A stretch of DNA of 34,518 bases from Candidatus Bipolaricaulia bacterium (lineage in GTDB: Bacteria > Bipolaricaulota > Bipolaricaulia > JBHIAT01): positions 1 through 34,518 of the forward strand of contig JBHIAT010000015.1 in NCBI GenBank assembly GCA_046758705.1, in the 5' to 3' direction. Below are positions 19,127 through 28,609 of the stretch, in pieces. Within the stretch, counting starts at the first letter, position 1. Every line of letters begins with the position of its first letter. The notes beneath the pieces are model-generated. The model saw only the letters and a program-made list of their open reading frames with translations, did not search any database and was not told where the DNA came from. The position numbers and the translations under genes were made by a program.

Positions 19127-20284
19127 ATGGATGCACTGCAAACCCACGAGATTGGCAGTCTGTCCAAACTGAGTTGGCGAGTGAAGGCGATTCAGGGCCG
19201 GACGCTGGGGGCGGAGGATCTGACGTCCGCCAAGAACTGGGGGGAACGGCTCGGGATCGCGTATCAAGGGTTGATCGATCTATTGCAGCGTGCCCAACAG
19301 GAGAAGCTCTCTGAGGCCGATCGAGCGGAGGTGATGCGCTGGTCGTCGCGTTATGCGATCAAGATGCTGGAGCAGACGGGGCTCGATGTGATCTACGACG
19401 GAGAGCAGCAACGCAGCGAGATGTACCACTATCCGGTGAGCCACTCCCAGGGATTCGAATTCAGAGGGACGGTGCGCTCCTTCGACAACAAATACTATCG
19501 CAAGGCGGCCTGTGTCGCCGAACCGAAGCTCAGCCGACCGTACCATCTCGACGAGTTCCGGTTCGCCAGGGATCATGCCGAAAAACCCCTTAAAGTTCCG
19601 ATCACCGGGGCGTATACGCTGGCAGACTGGTCGTACGACGAGTACTATTCGAAAGGCAGCTTTCAGATCGGGAGCGAATTCGGAAGAGCCCAGCGCAATC
19701 AGGCTCGCAGGCGATTCGTGTTGGATGTGGCCAGGAATCTGATCAGACCGAATATCGAAACCCTGGTGGAGGCCGGAGCCGAGTGGATCCAGATCGATGA
19801 GCCAGCGGTCACCACCCATCCCGAGGAGGTGCCGCTCTTTGTCGAGGCGTTCGAGGCATCTACCCAAGGGATCGACTGTCAGTTCAGCGCCCATATCTGC
19901 TTCAGCGATTACACCCGGCTGTTTCCCGATATCCTGAGTATGGAGAACTGTTCGGAGTTTGCGCTCGAGTTCGCCAATCGGGACTCGACAGCATTGGGGG
20001 TGAACCCACAGGTACGCACCGGATATGAGATCTTAACGCGCTTCAAAGAGCATCGGGTCGACAAACGAATCGGGGTGGGGGTGGTTGATGTCCACAGCGA
20101 CTTCATCGAGCCACCCGATCTGATCCGCGATCGGATCCTGTACGCGGTAGAGGTGCTCGGGGATCCGGCGCGGGTGAATCCGACCCCCGATTGCGGTCTC
20201 AGGACGCGCACCTGGGACGTCGCCTATGAGAAGTTGAGCAACCTGGTTGCGGGTGCCGAGATGGCGGCGCGCTCGATGAGTTGA
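19127..20284 (+). CDS. metE: Cobalamin-independent methionine synthase, catalytic (C-terminal-like) subunit
   Basis: EIGS, DGEQ.R, KVPITGAYT, IQIDEP, zinc ligands HIC / E / PDCG. Confidence 0.85.
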   Translation: MDALQTHEIGSLSKLSWRVKAIQGRTLGAEDLTSAKNWGERLGIAYQGLIDLLQRAQQEKLSEADRAEVMRWSSRYAIKMLEQTGLDVIYDGEQQRSEMYHYPVSHSQGFEFRGTVRSFDNKYYRKAACVAEPKLSRPYHLDEFRFARDHAEKPLKVPITGAYTLADWSYDEYYSKGSFQIGSEFGRAQRNQARRRFVLDVARNLIRPNIETLVEAGAEWIQIDEPAVTTHPEEVPLFVEAFEASTQGIDCQFSAHICFSDYTRLFPDILSMENCSEFALEFANRDSTALGVNPQVRTGYEILTRFKEHRVDKRIGVGVVDVHSDFIEPPDLIRDRILYAVEVLGDPARVNPTPDCGLRTRTWDVAYEKLSNLVAGAEMAARSMS

Positions 20285-20289
20285 TGCGG

Positions 20290-20319
20290 TTGACAGCTTA
20301 ATCTGGAATCGGTTACTTT
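20290..20319 (+). promoter_or_regulatory. Putative promoter for metK
   Basis: TTGACA-N18-TACTTT. Confidence 0.5.
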
Positions 20320-20353
20320 AGAATAAATTTTTTCGACACAGGAGGTCCCACCT

Positions 20354-21538
20354 ATGGCAACCAACGGCCTGTTCACCGCGGAGTCGGTGACCGAAGGCCA
20401 TCCCGACAAGATGGCCGATCAGATCTCAGATGCGGTCCTCGATGCCCTCATCGCCCAAGACCCCGACGCACGGGTGGCCTGTGAGACCTTCCTGACCACC
20501 GGCCTGGCGTTTATCGGTGGGGAGATCACCACCAGCGGTTACGTCGATGTCCCGAAGGTCGTGCGCACGATGGTCGAGCAGATTGGCTATACCCGGATCG
20601 ACTACGGATTCGATCACAAGAACGTTGCCGTCATCACCTCGATCGATGAGCAATCCCCGGACATCGCCATCGGGGTCGATCACTCCCTGGAGTCCAAGGC
20701 TCATGGGCCGGAAGCCGATGAGCGGGAGTCGCTCGGAGCCGGCGATCAGGGGATCATGGTCGGCTACGCCTGCACGGAGACACCGGAACTGATGCCCCTG
20801 CCGATCACCCTGGCCCATGCGCTCACCCGCAGGCTGGCCGAGGTGAGAAAGCAGAAGGTCGTCGATTACTTAAGGCCCGATGGCAAGAGCCAGGTGACGG
20901 TCGAGTACCGTGATGGAAAACCTGAACGGGTGACAACGGTGGTCGTCTCCGCCCAACATGAGCCGGATGTGACACCGGATCAGCTTAGGGAAGATATCAC
21001 CCGGAAGGTGATCGAACCGGCTCTGGGTGGCTGGTTCGATGAGCGGATCGAATTTTTTGTCAACCCCACCGGTCGGTTCGTCATCGGCGGGCCACAAGGG
21101 GATACCGGCCTCACCGGTCGAAAAGTGATGGTGGACAGCTACGGGGTGAGCGCTCTTCACGGCGGGGGTTGCTTCTCCGGGAAGGATCCGACGAAGGTCG
21201 ATCGCTCCGGAAGCTACGCCGCCCGCTATGTCGCCAAGAATATCGTGGCCGCCGAGCTGGCCGAGCGATGTCAGGTGCACATCTCCTATTCCATCGGAAA
21301 AGCCGAGCCCTTGGCCGTTTCCGTGGAGACCTTTGGAACTACGGACGTGGCAGAGTCCGTTATCGTGAGGCTCATCGCAGCGCACTTCGACCTGCGTCCC
21401 GGGGCGATCATCGAAAAGTTCGATCTGAGAAGGCCAATCTATACGTCTCTGGCAGCCTACGGCCACTTCGGCAGGACCGATCTAGATCTGTCTTGGGAGC
21501 GGACGGATATCGCCGAGACGTTGAGGCAAGCCATCTGA
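20354..21538 (+). CDS. metK: S-adenosylmethionine synthetase (bacterial type)
   Basis: [51 protein letters not shown]. Confidence 0.97.
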   Translation: MATNGLFTAESVTEGHPDKMADQISDAVLDALIAQDPDARVACETFLTTGLAFIGGEITTSGYVDVPKVVRTMVEQIGYTRIDYGFDHKNVAVITSIDEQSPDIAIGVDHSLESKAHGPEADERESLGAGDQGIMVGYACTETPELMPLPITLAHALTRRLAEVRKQKVVDYLRPDGKSQVTVEYRDGKPERVTTVVVSAQHEPDVTPDQLREDITRKVIEPALGGWFDERIEFFVNPTGRFVIGGPQGDTGLTGRKVMVDSYGVSALHGGGCFSGKDPTKVDRSGSYAARYVAKNIVAAELAERCQVHISYSIGKAEPLAVSVETFGTTDVAESVIVRLIAAHFDLRPGAIIEKFDLRRPIYTSLAAYGHFGRTDLDLSWERTDIAETLRQAI

Positions 21539-21580
21539 ACTCAACTCACTCCATCAAGTCGAACCACTAAGACGAACGGG

Positions 21581-21609
21581 TTGCATTGTGGCAGGGTGGT
21601 CATTATACT
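21581..21609 (+). promoter_or_regulatory. Putative promoter for ahcY block
   Basis: TTGCAT-N17-TATACT. Confidence 0.55.
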
Positions 21610-21651
21610 GGCTTGGTATGCGCCAAACTCGGTGAGGAGGCCGAGATAACG

Positions 21652-22908
21652 ATGAAAAATTATCGGGTCAAGGATATGAGCCTGGCGGAACCGGGCCGGA
21701 AACGGATCGAGTGGGCCAGGAGGCGTATGCCCGTTTTGGGGATGATCCGGGAACGGTATGAAGAGAGCAAACCGTTAGCCGGCAACCGAGTCACGGCGTG
21801 CCTCCACGTCACCGTGGAGACAGCCAACCTGATCCTGACACTCCAAGCCGGAGGAGCCGACGTTGCCCTGGCCGGATCCAATCCACTGAGCACCCAGGAC
21901 GATGTGGCAGCGGCCCTCGCAGAGGAGAGCATCCAGGTGTATGCGTTCAAAGGGCAAAACGAGACAGAGTATTATGAATGCCTCGAAGGAGCCCTGGCCA
22001 TAGGGCCAAACATCGTTCTCGACGATGGCGCGGATACGGTCGCCACCATTCATGAGCAGCATGCCGATCTGATCGACGATATCCGAGGCGGCTGTGAAGA
22101 GACGACCACAGGCGTCCTGCGGTTGAGGGCGATGGCATCTCAACGGGCGCTCAAGTTCCCGATCATCGCGGTCAACGATGCCGAGACCAAGAGGATGTTC
22201 GACAACCGATACGGCACAGGACAGTCCACCCTGCACGGCATCATGAATGCCACGAACTTCCTGTTTGCGGGCAAGACGGTGGTGGTGGCTGGCTACGGTT
22301 GGTGCGGTCGAGGAATCGCCATGAGGGCCAAAGGTCTGGGTGCCGATGTCATCGTCGTGGAGGTGATCCCGAGGAAGGCATTGGAAGCGGCGATGGACGG
22401 GTATCGAGTCATGCCGATGAAGCAAGCGGCCAAGCACGGTGATCTGTTTATCACCGCAACCGGGGACATCGCTGCAATCCGGAAGGAGCACCTTCAGGTG
22501 ATGAAGGATGAGGCGATCCTGGCCAATGCCGGTCATTTTAATGTGGAGATCCAGATACCCGATTTGGAAGAGCTGGCGACCGATATCCGGGCCCTCAGTG
22601 AGGACGTGGTTGAATACATCCTGGAGGACGGCCGGAAGGTTTACCTGTTAGCGGAGGGGAGGCTGGTCAACCTCGCCTCCGCCTACGGACACCCTCCAGA
22701 GGTCATGGATATGAGCTTCGCGAATCAGGCGTTGTCCGTTCGGTATATCGTTGAACATGCCTCTGGGCTGGAAAACCAGATCTATCCGGTACCCACTGAT
22801 ATCGATCACTCGGTCGCCGAGTTGAAACTGGAGAGTCTGGGCATCGAGATTGAGAGGTTGACTGAAGAACAACAGGAATATCTACGCTCGTGGGCTTTAG
22901 GAACTTGA
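21652..22908 (+). CDS. ahcY: S-adenosylhomocysteine hydrolase
   Basis: [61 protein letters not shown] before ATG 21652. Confidence 0.96.
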   Translation: MKNYRVKDMSLAEPGRKRIEWARRRMPVLGMIRERYEESKPLAGNRVTACLHVTVETANLILTLQAGGADVALAGSNPLSTQDDVAAALAEESIQVYAFKGQNETEYYECLEGALAIGPNIVLDDGADTVATIHEQHADLIDDIRGGCEETTTGVLRLRAMASQRALKFPIIAVNDAETKRMFDNRYGTGQSTLHGIMNATNFLFAGKTVVVAGYGWCGRGIAMRAKGLGADVIVVEVIPRKALEAAMDGYRVMPMKQAAKHGDLFITATGDIAAIRKEHLQVMKDEAILANAGHFNVEIQIPDLEELATDIRALSEDVVEYILEDGRKVYLLAEGRLVNLASAYGHPPEVMDMSFANQALSVRYIVEHASGLENQIYPVPTDIDHSVAELKLESLGIEIERLTEEQQEYLRSWALGT

Positions 22909-22914
22909 GCCAAG

Positions 22915-24009
22915 ATGGATCTCCACATCGAAAAGGTTGAGAAATATCTGAAGTGGTTCTTTGGGCCGAGTGCCAAGGTGATCCGGATGCACGAAATCGG
23001 TGGGGCGCTTTCCGTCTCCTCAGGTGAGCGGAAGCTGAAGGGGTTCGGCTATGGGAAACCTTATCTCATCGACTTCGTCGTCGAGGGGGAGGAGCGCTCC
23101 GTGGTGCTCTCCTCGATGAAGCCAGATATATTTGGGCATAATCATGTTTCGGATAGGGCTAAGGTGTTGCTGTGGCAACACCTGGCATTCAATAAGCTGC
23201 CCAAACATGTGCGATCCCTGGACGTTGGCTGCTTTACCGACGATGGCGAGTTGAAATCCACCGGGACGGCGGAAGAGTACTTCATTATTATGGAAAAGGC
23301 TGAAGGGCAGGAGTACTTTCACGACCTGGAGCGGATCATGCGTGACGGGATCACGGGGTTGGACGAGGAACGGGTGATCGCGCTATCTTCCTATCTGGCA
23401 GAGATCCACTCGGTTCGAAAAGACGCCCCTGCGCTCTACATCAGAAGAGTCCGCGAACTGTTAGGCCACGGAGAGTGTATCATGGGTCTGACAGACTCTT
23501 ACCCCGAGGATCTCGACTTCATATCCTGGAACCAACTACAGCAGATCGAGACGGAGTGCGTTGCCTGGCGATGGAAGCTCAAAAGCAGAACGGATCGGCT
23601 GTGCCAGGTTCATGGGGATTATCATCCATGGAATGTGCTCTTCAGGGAGGGAACCGACTTTTCGGTGTTGGATCGGAGTCGTGGGGAGTGGGGGGAGGCG
23701 GCCGATGATCTGACCGCGATGACCATCAATTATCTGTTCTTCTCGTTGCAGAGATATGGGAGATTGGAGGACGGGTTTAAGAGGCTCTACGAGCTATTTT
23801 TCACCGATTACTTACGCCGTACCGGGGATGAGGAGATCCTGGAGGTGATCCAACCCTTCTACGTCTTCAGGGGGTTGGTCGTGGCATCTCCGATCTGGTA
23901 CCCACATCTGGAGCCGGAGGTCAGGATCAAACTGTTTAACTTCATCAACAACCTGCTGAAACTCGACAAATTCAATCCCGAGGATGTGAACGAATACCTG
24001 GAGGCTTAA
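22915..24009 (+). CDS. Aminoglycoside-phosphotransferase/choline-kinase-fold phosphotransferase of unknown substrate
   Basis: Brenner motif HGDYHPWN, metal-binding LDRSRG, Gly-rich KGFGYG. Confidence 0.8.
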   Translation: MDLHIEKVEKYLKWFFGPSAKVIRMHEIGGALSVSSGERKLKGFGYGKPYLIDFVVEGEERSVVLSSMKPDIFGHNHVSDRAKVLLWQHLAFNKLPKHVRSLDVGCFTDDGELKSTGTAEEYFIIMEKAEGQEYFHDLERIMRDGITGLDEERVIALSSYLAEIHSVRKDAPALYIRRVRELLGHGECIMGLTDSYPEDLDFISWNQLQQIETECVAWRWKLKSRTDRLCQVHGDYHPWNVLFREGTDFSVLDRSRGEWGEAADDLTAMTINYLFFSLQRYGRLEDGFKRLYELFFTDYLRRTGDEEILEVIQPFYVFRGLVVASPIWYPHLEPEVRIKLFNFINNLLKLDKFNPEDVNEYLEA

Positions 24010-24033
24010 CCCTTCCCTCCCTATTTTTAGATC

Positions 24034-24612
24034 ATGAGCTGGGCCATATGGATCACCGGACTGCCGAGATGCGGCAAGACGGCGCGTGCGAGACGGGTGA
24101 AGCAGCTGCTGGTGGAGCAGGGTATCGAGGCAAAGATACTGGAGCTGGATGAGATCAGAAAGGTGATCACACCGAAGCCGACGTACTCCGAGGCAGAGCG
24201 GGAGATCGTCTATGCGTCGCTCGCGTGTATGGCGAAGCTGTTGGTGGAAACGGGCACAAATGTGATCATCGATGCGACCGGGAACCGGCAACGATACCGG
24301 GATCTTGCCCGATCCCTGATCCCGAACTTCATCGAGGTCTATATCCGATGTCCACTGGAGATATGCATGGATCGTGACAGCGGGGGGGATCGCGGATCTG
24401 CACCCGAGAATGTCTACGAGAAAGCGAACGCCCCCAACGCGACCGTTCCCGGTGTCAATGTGCCTTATGAGGTTCCCACCAGGCCGGAGATCACCGTCGA
24501 TAGCCACCTTCTAAGCGTTGATGAAGCGGCCAGAAGGATTGTGGAGACGATCGAAGCGTTGTTCTACAATAATGACGAATCCACAATAATTACGGAGGGA
24601 GATAACGGTTGA
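24034..24612 (+). CDS. Adenylyl-sulfate kinase-like P-loop kinase (divergent CysC)
   Basis: WITGLPRCGKT, FIEVYIRCPLEIC, VPGVNVPYE.P. Confidence 0.8.
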   Translation: MSWAIWITGLPRCGKTARARRVKQLLVEQGIEAKILELDEIRKVITPKPTYSEAEREIVYASLACMAKLLVETGTNVIIDATGNRQRYRDLARSLIPNFIEVYIRCPLEICMDRDSGGDRGSAPENVYEKANAPNATVPGVNVPYEVPTRPEITVDSHLLSVDEAARRIVETIEALFYNNDESTIITEGDNG

Positions 24613-24642
24613 AGCGGATGGGAAACGGGATAAACACGCGTT

Positions 24643-25500
24643 TTGAACGCCGAGGCACCTGAATTGATCGATTTGCACGCGCATACGACCGCCTCTGACG
24701 GTTCCTTGAGCCCAACGGAACTGGTGAACCACGCCGTTGAAATCGGATTGGAAGCTTTGGGGGTGGCCGACCACGACACCATCGACGGCCTGGAAGAAGC
24801 AGAGAGGGCTGCCAAACAGTCGGGGTTAGAGCTGGTCGCGGGACTGGAAATAAGCGCCGAGTTCCAGCCGGGGACCTGTCACATGCTCGGCCTATATATC
24901 GACAGAACGAACGAGCGCCTGAAACAGACCCTCCGATTTCTGCAGAAAGCCAGGGCGAATCGCAATCCTAAAATCATCGGAAAGTTGTCCGATCTCGGCT
25001 GCCCGATCACGATGGCCGAGGTCGAGGAAATTGCCGGCTTCGGCCAAATAGGCCGGCCACATATCGCACAGGCGCTCCTGAACCACGGCTATGTGTCAAC
25101 GGTACAGGAGGCATTCGATAAATATTTGAAAAAGGGCGCCTCAGCCTACGTCGATAAGGCGCGGCTATCTCTGAAAGACTCGGTGGAGCTGATCCATGAT
25201 GCCGGCGGTTTTGCGATCCTTACCCATCCGATCACCCTTGATCTGCCACCGTCGGACTTAAAGGAATTTGTTACCGAGCTTAAAACCTACGGCCTCGATG
25301 GGATAGAAGTTTACTACAGCGACCACACGCCGGAAGACGTCTCCTATCTGTTGGGGCTGGCCAGGGAACTTGACCTGCTTATCTCAGGCGGGAGTGATTT
25401 TCACGGCGCTTCCAAGCGGGCGATCAAACTCGGGACCGGGAGGGGAAATCTCTCGATCCCATACGAGGTGCTTGCTGCCATTAAAAAGGCGCGAGCTTGA
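24643..25500 (+). CDS. PHP-domain phosphoesterase (YciV/TrpH-like)
   Basis: IDLHAHTTASDG, DHDT, GLEIS, HMLG, GRPHIA, HP, GGSDFHG. Confidence 0.9.
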   Translation: MNAEAPELIDLHAHTTASDGSLSPTELVNHAVEIGLEALGVADHDTIDGLEEAERAAKQSGLELVAGLEISAEFQPGTCHMLGLYIDRTNERLKQTLRFLQKARANRNPKIIGKLSDLGCPITMAEVEEIAGFGQIGRPHIAQALLNHGYVSTVQEAFDKYLKKGASAYVDKARLSLKDSVELIHDAGGFAILTHPITLDLPPSDLKEFVTELKTYGLDGIEVYYSDHTPEDVSYLLGLARELDLLISGGSDFHGASKRAIKLGTGRGNLSIPYEVLAAIKKARA

Positions 25501-25534
25501 CATTTCCGGCGGTTAGGGAACATTTTAATTTTGC

Positions 25535-27250
25535 ATGATGAAACTCATACCGCCCCACGGGGGCACCTTGAAGCAACGATTGGTGGATAAGGAGAGCGTA
25601 GAAAGGCTGAAGGAGGAGTCGGTGTATCTGCCTTCGTGGGATCTGACCCAGCATCAGGTTTTGGACATTGAGCTTTTGCTCAACGGAGCCTTTTCCCCGT
25701 TAGAGGGGTTCATGGGAGAGGCTGATTACGACTCCGTTTGCAAGGAAATGCGATTAGAGGATGGCACCCTCTGGCCCATCCCGATCACGCTGGATGTGAC
25801 CGAGGCGTTTGCCGGGGAGGTGTCAGGTGGTGACCGGGTGGCGCTTCGTCACCCGGAGGGCATGGTTCTGGCGGTGTTGACCGTTACGGACATGTGGAAG
25901 CCCGATTTCAACGACGAGGCACAACTCGTTTACGGCACCACGGACGAGGCACACCCGGGCGTCTTCCACCTTTTCCATCAGACCCATCCTGTGTACATAG
26001 GCGGATCTCTGGAGGGGTTGGAACTTCCGCCCCATCATACGTTTAAGCATCTGAGACACACCCCGGCGGAGCTGCGCGACCTGTTTAAGAAGCTGGGTTG
26101 GAGCAGGGTCGTAGCTTTTCAGACGCGGAACCCGATGCACCGTGCTCACGTCGAGTTAACGAAGCGGGCCGCGATGAAGGCTGAGGCAAACTTGCTCATC
26201 CATCCTGTGGTGGGCCGGACCAGCCCTGGGGATGTGGATTACTTCGCCCGGGTACGCTGTTACCAGGCGGTCCTTGAGCATTACCCTGAGCAGACGACCC
26301 TGTTGAGCCTCCTGCCACTGGCGATGCGGATGGCGGGACCCCGTGAGGCCCTGTGGCACGCTATCATCAGGAAGAATTACGGATGCACCCACTTCATCGT
26401 AGGCCGGGATCACTCCGGCCCAGGAAAGGACGGGAACGGCAACCCGTTCTACCCGCCCTACGCAGCCCAGGAGCTCGTAGGCGAGCATGAACAGGAGCTC
26501 GGAATCAAGATGGTGGCTTTTGAGGAGATGGTTTACGTGGAGGACCTGGCCCAGTACATGCCTCACTCTGAGGTGTCTGACAGAGCCAGGGTTCTCTCCC
26601 TGTCCGGCACCGAGTTCCGCCGTCGTCTCCGCGAGGGCCTCGAGGTGCCGGGGTGGTTCTCCTACTCGGAGGTCATCGCCGAGCTGCGCGGGTCATATCC
26701 GCCGCGGGCTCAGCAGGGGTTCACCGTCTTCTTCACCGGTCTGTCGGGGGCGGGGAAGTCCACCATTGCTAACATCCTCATGGCGAAGCTGATGGAGATT
26801 GGAACCCGGCCGGTGACGCTTTTGGATGGTGACATCGTCCGGAAGAACCTGTCAAGCGAGCTGGGCTTCTCCAAGCACGACCGCGACCTGAACATCAAGC
26901 GCATCGGCTTCGTGGCCAGCGAGATCACGAAGAACTGGGGTGTTGCCATCTGTGCCCCGATCGCGCCTTACCAGGTCACGCGGCGTGAAGTGCACGAGAT
27001 GATCAGCCAGTACGGCGGCTTCATCGAGGTGTACGTATCTACCCCCCTTGAGGTGTGCGAGGCGAGGGACAGGAAGGGCCTCTATGCAAAGGCCCGGGCG
27101 GGTCTGATCAAAGACTTCACCGGGATTGATGATCCTTACGAGCCGCCGGAGAACCCGGATGTAGTGGTGGACACTTCAAAGATGAGCTCCGAGGAGGCGG
27201 CGCATCAAATCCTGTTGCACCTGGAGAGGAAAGGGTTTATGGATGGATAG
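25535..27250 (+). CDS. sat: Bifunctional sulfate adenylyltransferase / adenylyl-sulfate kinase (Sat-CysC)
   Basis: GAFSPLEGF, FQTRNPMHRAH, HFIVGRDH; kinase GLSGAGKST, LDGD, RDRKGLY, FTGIDDPYE. Confidence 0.95.
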   Translation: MMKLIPPHGGTLKQRLVDKESVERLKEESVYLPSWDLTQHQVLDIELLLNGAFSPLEGFMGEADYDSVCKEMRLEDGTLWPIPITLDVTEAFAGEVSGGDRVALRHPEGMVLAVLTVTDMWKPDFNDEAQLVYGTTDEAHPGVFHLFHQTHPVYIGGSLEGLELPPHHTFKHLRHTPAELRDLFKKLGWSRVVAFQTRNPMHRAHVELTKRAAMKAEANLLIHPVVGRTSPGDVDYFARVRCYQAVLEHYPEQTTLLSLLPLAMRMAGPREALWHAIIRKNYGCTHFIVGRDHSGPGKDGNGNPFYPPYAAQELVGEHEQELGIKMVAFEEMVYVEDLAQYMPHSEVSDRARVLSLSGTEFRRRLREGLEVPGWFSYSEVIAELRGSYPPRAQQGFTVFFTGLSGAGKSTIANILMAKLMEIGTRPVTLLDGDIVRKNLSSELGFSKHDRDLNIKRIGFVASEITKNWGVAICAPIAPYQVTRREVHEMISQYGGFIEVYVSTPLEVCEARDRKGLYAKARAGLIKDFTGIDDPYEPPENPDVVVDTSKMSSEEAAHQILLHLERKGFMDG

Positions 27251-27258
27251 TTCAGATA

Positions 27259-27297
27259 ATCCATAGTCCATGGACCAACCGACCATGGACTATGGAT
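27259..27297. repeat. Perfect 15-bp inverted repeat built from the heptamer repeat; possible terminator or RNA stabiliser
   Basis: ATCCATAGTCCATGG-9 nt-CCATGGACTATGGAT just after the sat stop; no U tract. Confidence 0.75.
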
Positions 27298-27300
27298 CAG

Positions 27301-27408
27301 ATGACGATAGACCGAGTGCCGGTGTTGCGAGTAGCGGAGCGGGAGTTGGTCTTGAAGTGGCCCGAGGGGAATGCACCTGAGATGAGGCACAAAGCAAAAG
27401 TAACATGA
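27301..27408 (+). pseudogene. 3' remnant of a wHTH regulator gene (paralog of 33671-33727)
   Basis: Translates DRVPVLRVAERELVLKWPE versus DRVPVLRTEGQELVLEWPE; its TGA overlaps the udk ATG. Confidence 0.7.
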
Positions 27409-28034
27409 CAGCTTCTAAACCAGATGATAAAGTTTGGATCATTGGGATTGTGGGCGGTACAGGAGCTGGGAAGACAACGATCGCACAAGCGTTGCAACAG
27501 GAGTTAGGAGAATCTAAGGCCGTAATCATCCCACAGGATGCCTATTATCGAGATCGTAGCCATCTTCTCCCAGAGGAGCGGGCACAAATCAACTATGATC
27601 ATCCAGAAGCTTTTGAGAACGGGCTTCTCTTACATCATCTCAACTGTTTGAAGAGCGGGGAACCTATAGACCGTCCTGTCTACGATTTCACCACTCATAC
27701 TCGGAAGTCGGAAACGATCAGAATCAACCCGGTGCCGATCATTATCTTGGAAGGGATTATGGTATTGGCAAACGAGGAAATTCGCAGAATACTGGATTAT
27801 AAGATTTATATTGATACAGACGCTGACCTCCGCATTCTCCGTCGACTCGAACGAGATATAAAGGAACGAGGGCGGAGCTTTGAAGATGTCAAGGAGCAAT
27901 ATCTCAAAACGGTCCATCCCATGTATCTGAAATTTGTAGAACCCTCCAAACGATATGCGGATATTATCATCCCTGGGGGATACAACCAAAATGCTGTTGA
28001 AATACTGATTGGGAAGTTAACGAGCATGATGTGA
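27405..28034 (+). CDS. udk: Uridine kinase
   Basis: GIVGGTGAGKTT, QDAYY, NYDHPEA, YDFTTH, ILEGI, RRLERDIKERGR, PSKRYADIIIP. Confidence 0.93.
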   Translation: MTASKPDDKVWIIGIVGGTGAGKTTIAQALQQELGESKAVIIPQDAYYRDRSHLLPEERAQINYDHPEAFENGLLLHHLNCLKSGEPIDRPVYDFTTHTRKSETIRINPVPIIILEGIMVLANEEIRRILDYKIYIDTDADLRILRRLERDIKERGRSFEDVKEQYLKTVHPMYLKFVEPSKRYADIIIPGGYNQNAVEILIGKLTSMM

Positions 28035-28087
28035 TCGGTCATGGCATAAAAACCCCACTACGAATAGAAGGTTGTTTGTATCTCCGT

Positions 28088-28117
28088 TTGACAACCCTCA
28101 ACAGATCTCCTTATGAT
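28088..28117 (+). promoter_or_regulatory. Putative sigma70 promoter
   Basis: TTGACA-N18-TATGAT. Confidence 0.55.
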
Positions 28118-28137
28118 GAATCACAGTGAAGCCACTG

Positions 28138-28250
28138 AACAATCTGGGAGAGGTGCACATTGTTCCGCTACCGGTGCGCCTCTGGCCGGGGAAGATCCGC
28201 GAACCCGACATCTTCTTCATAGCTAAGGAGCATGCAGATCGAGTTGGAAG
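28138..28250 (+). pseudogene. Internal fragment of a Uma2 endonuclease gene
   Basis: LGEVHIVPLPVRLWPGKIREPDIFFIAKE aligns with LGVVLSAPFQMK..GREPDLLFVAKE of the intact Uma2. Confidence 0.65.
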
Positions 28251-28275
28251 CAACTCAAGGAGGGCTGGAATCAAA

Positions 28276-28527
28276 ATGGGTTTCGAATTGCCCGTCCCTG
28301 GCATGGATCCCCAATCCCTGACCTCTGAGGAGTACCATGCGTTGACGCCTGAGAAGCTAGAGCTGTACGAGGGATATCTCCTCGACCCCCCGGAAATGCA
28401 CGAGGGGCGTCGGAAGCTGTTGGCCGCCCTCTTGAAGAACGAGGGGTTGATAAGCGTCGTTCGGCTGGTACCTCCGGAGCGCTGGCGGGAAGCACTTCAA
28501 CAGGCCTACGACACCGAGGATTCCTAA
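28276..28527 (+). CDS. Small hypothetical protein resembling the Uma2 N-terminus (copy 1)
   Basis: LTSEEYHALTPEKLELYEGYL; paralog of the next gene; in frame with the upstream Uma2 fragment. Confidence 0.7.
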   Translation: MGFELPVPGMDPQSLTSEEYHALTPEKLELYEGYLLDPPEMHEGRRKLLAALLKNEGLISVVRLVPPERWREALQQAYDTEDS

Positions 28528-28609
28528 AGCCCCGCCTGGCTTGTCAGAACTCGTCATACCTCCGTAGACTGAAGTGGAAGTGGACATATGGGCGAGGAGG
28601 AGAAACAAG

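Noticed and set aside
20285..21651. SAM or SAH riboswitch before metK or ahcY
   Set aside because: Leaders are short after the predicted promoters and I could not match consensus motifs; an Rfam scan would settle it.
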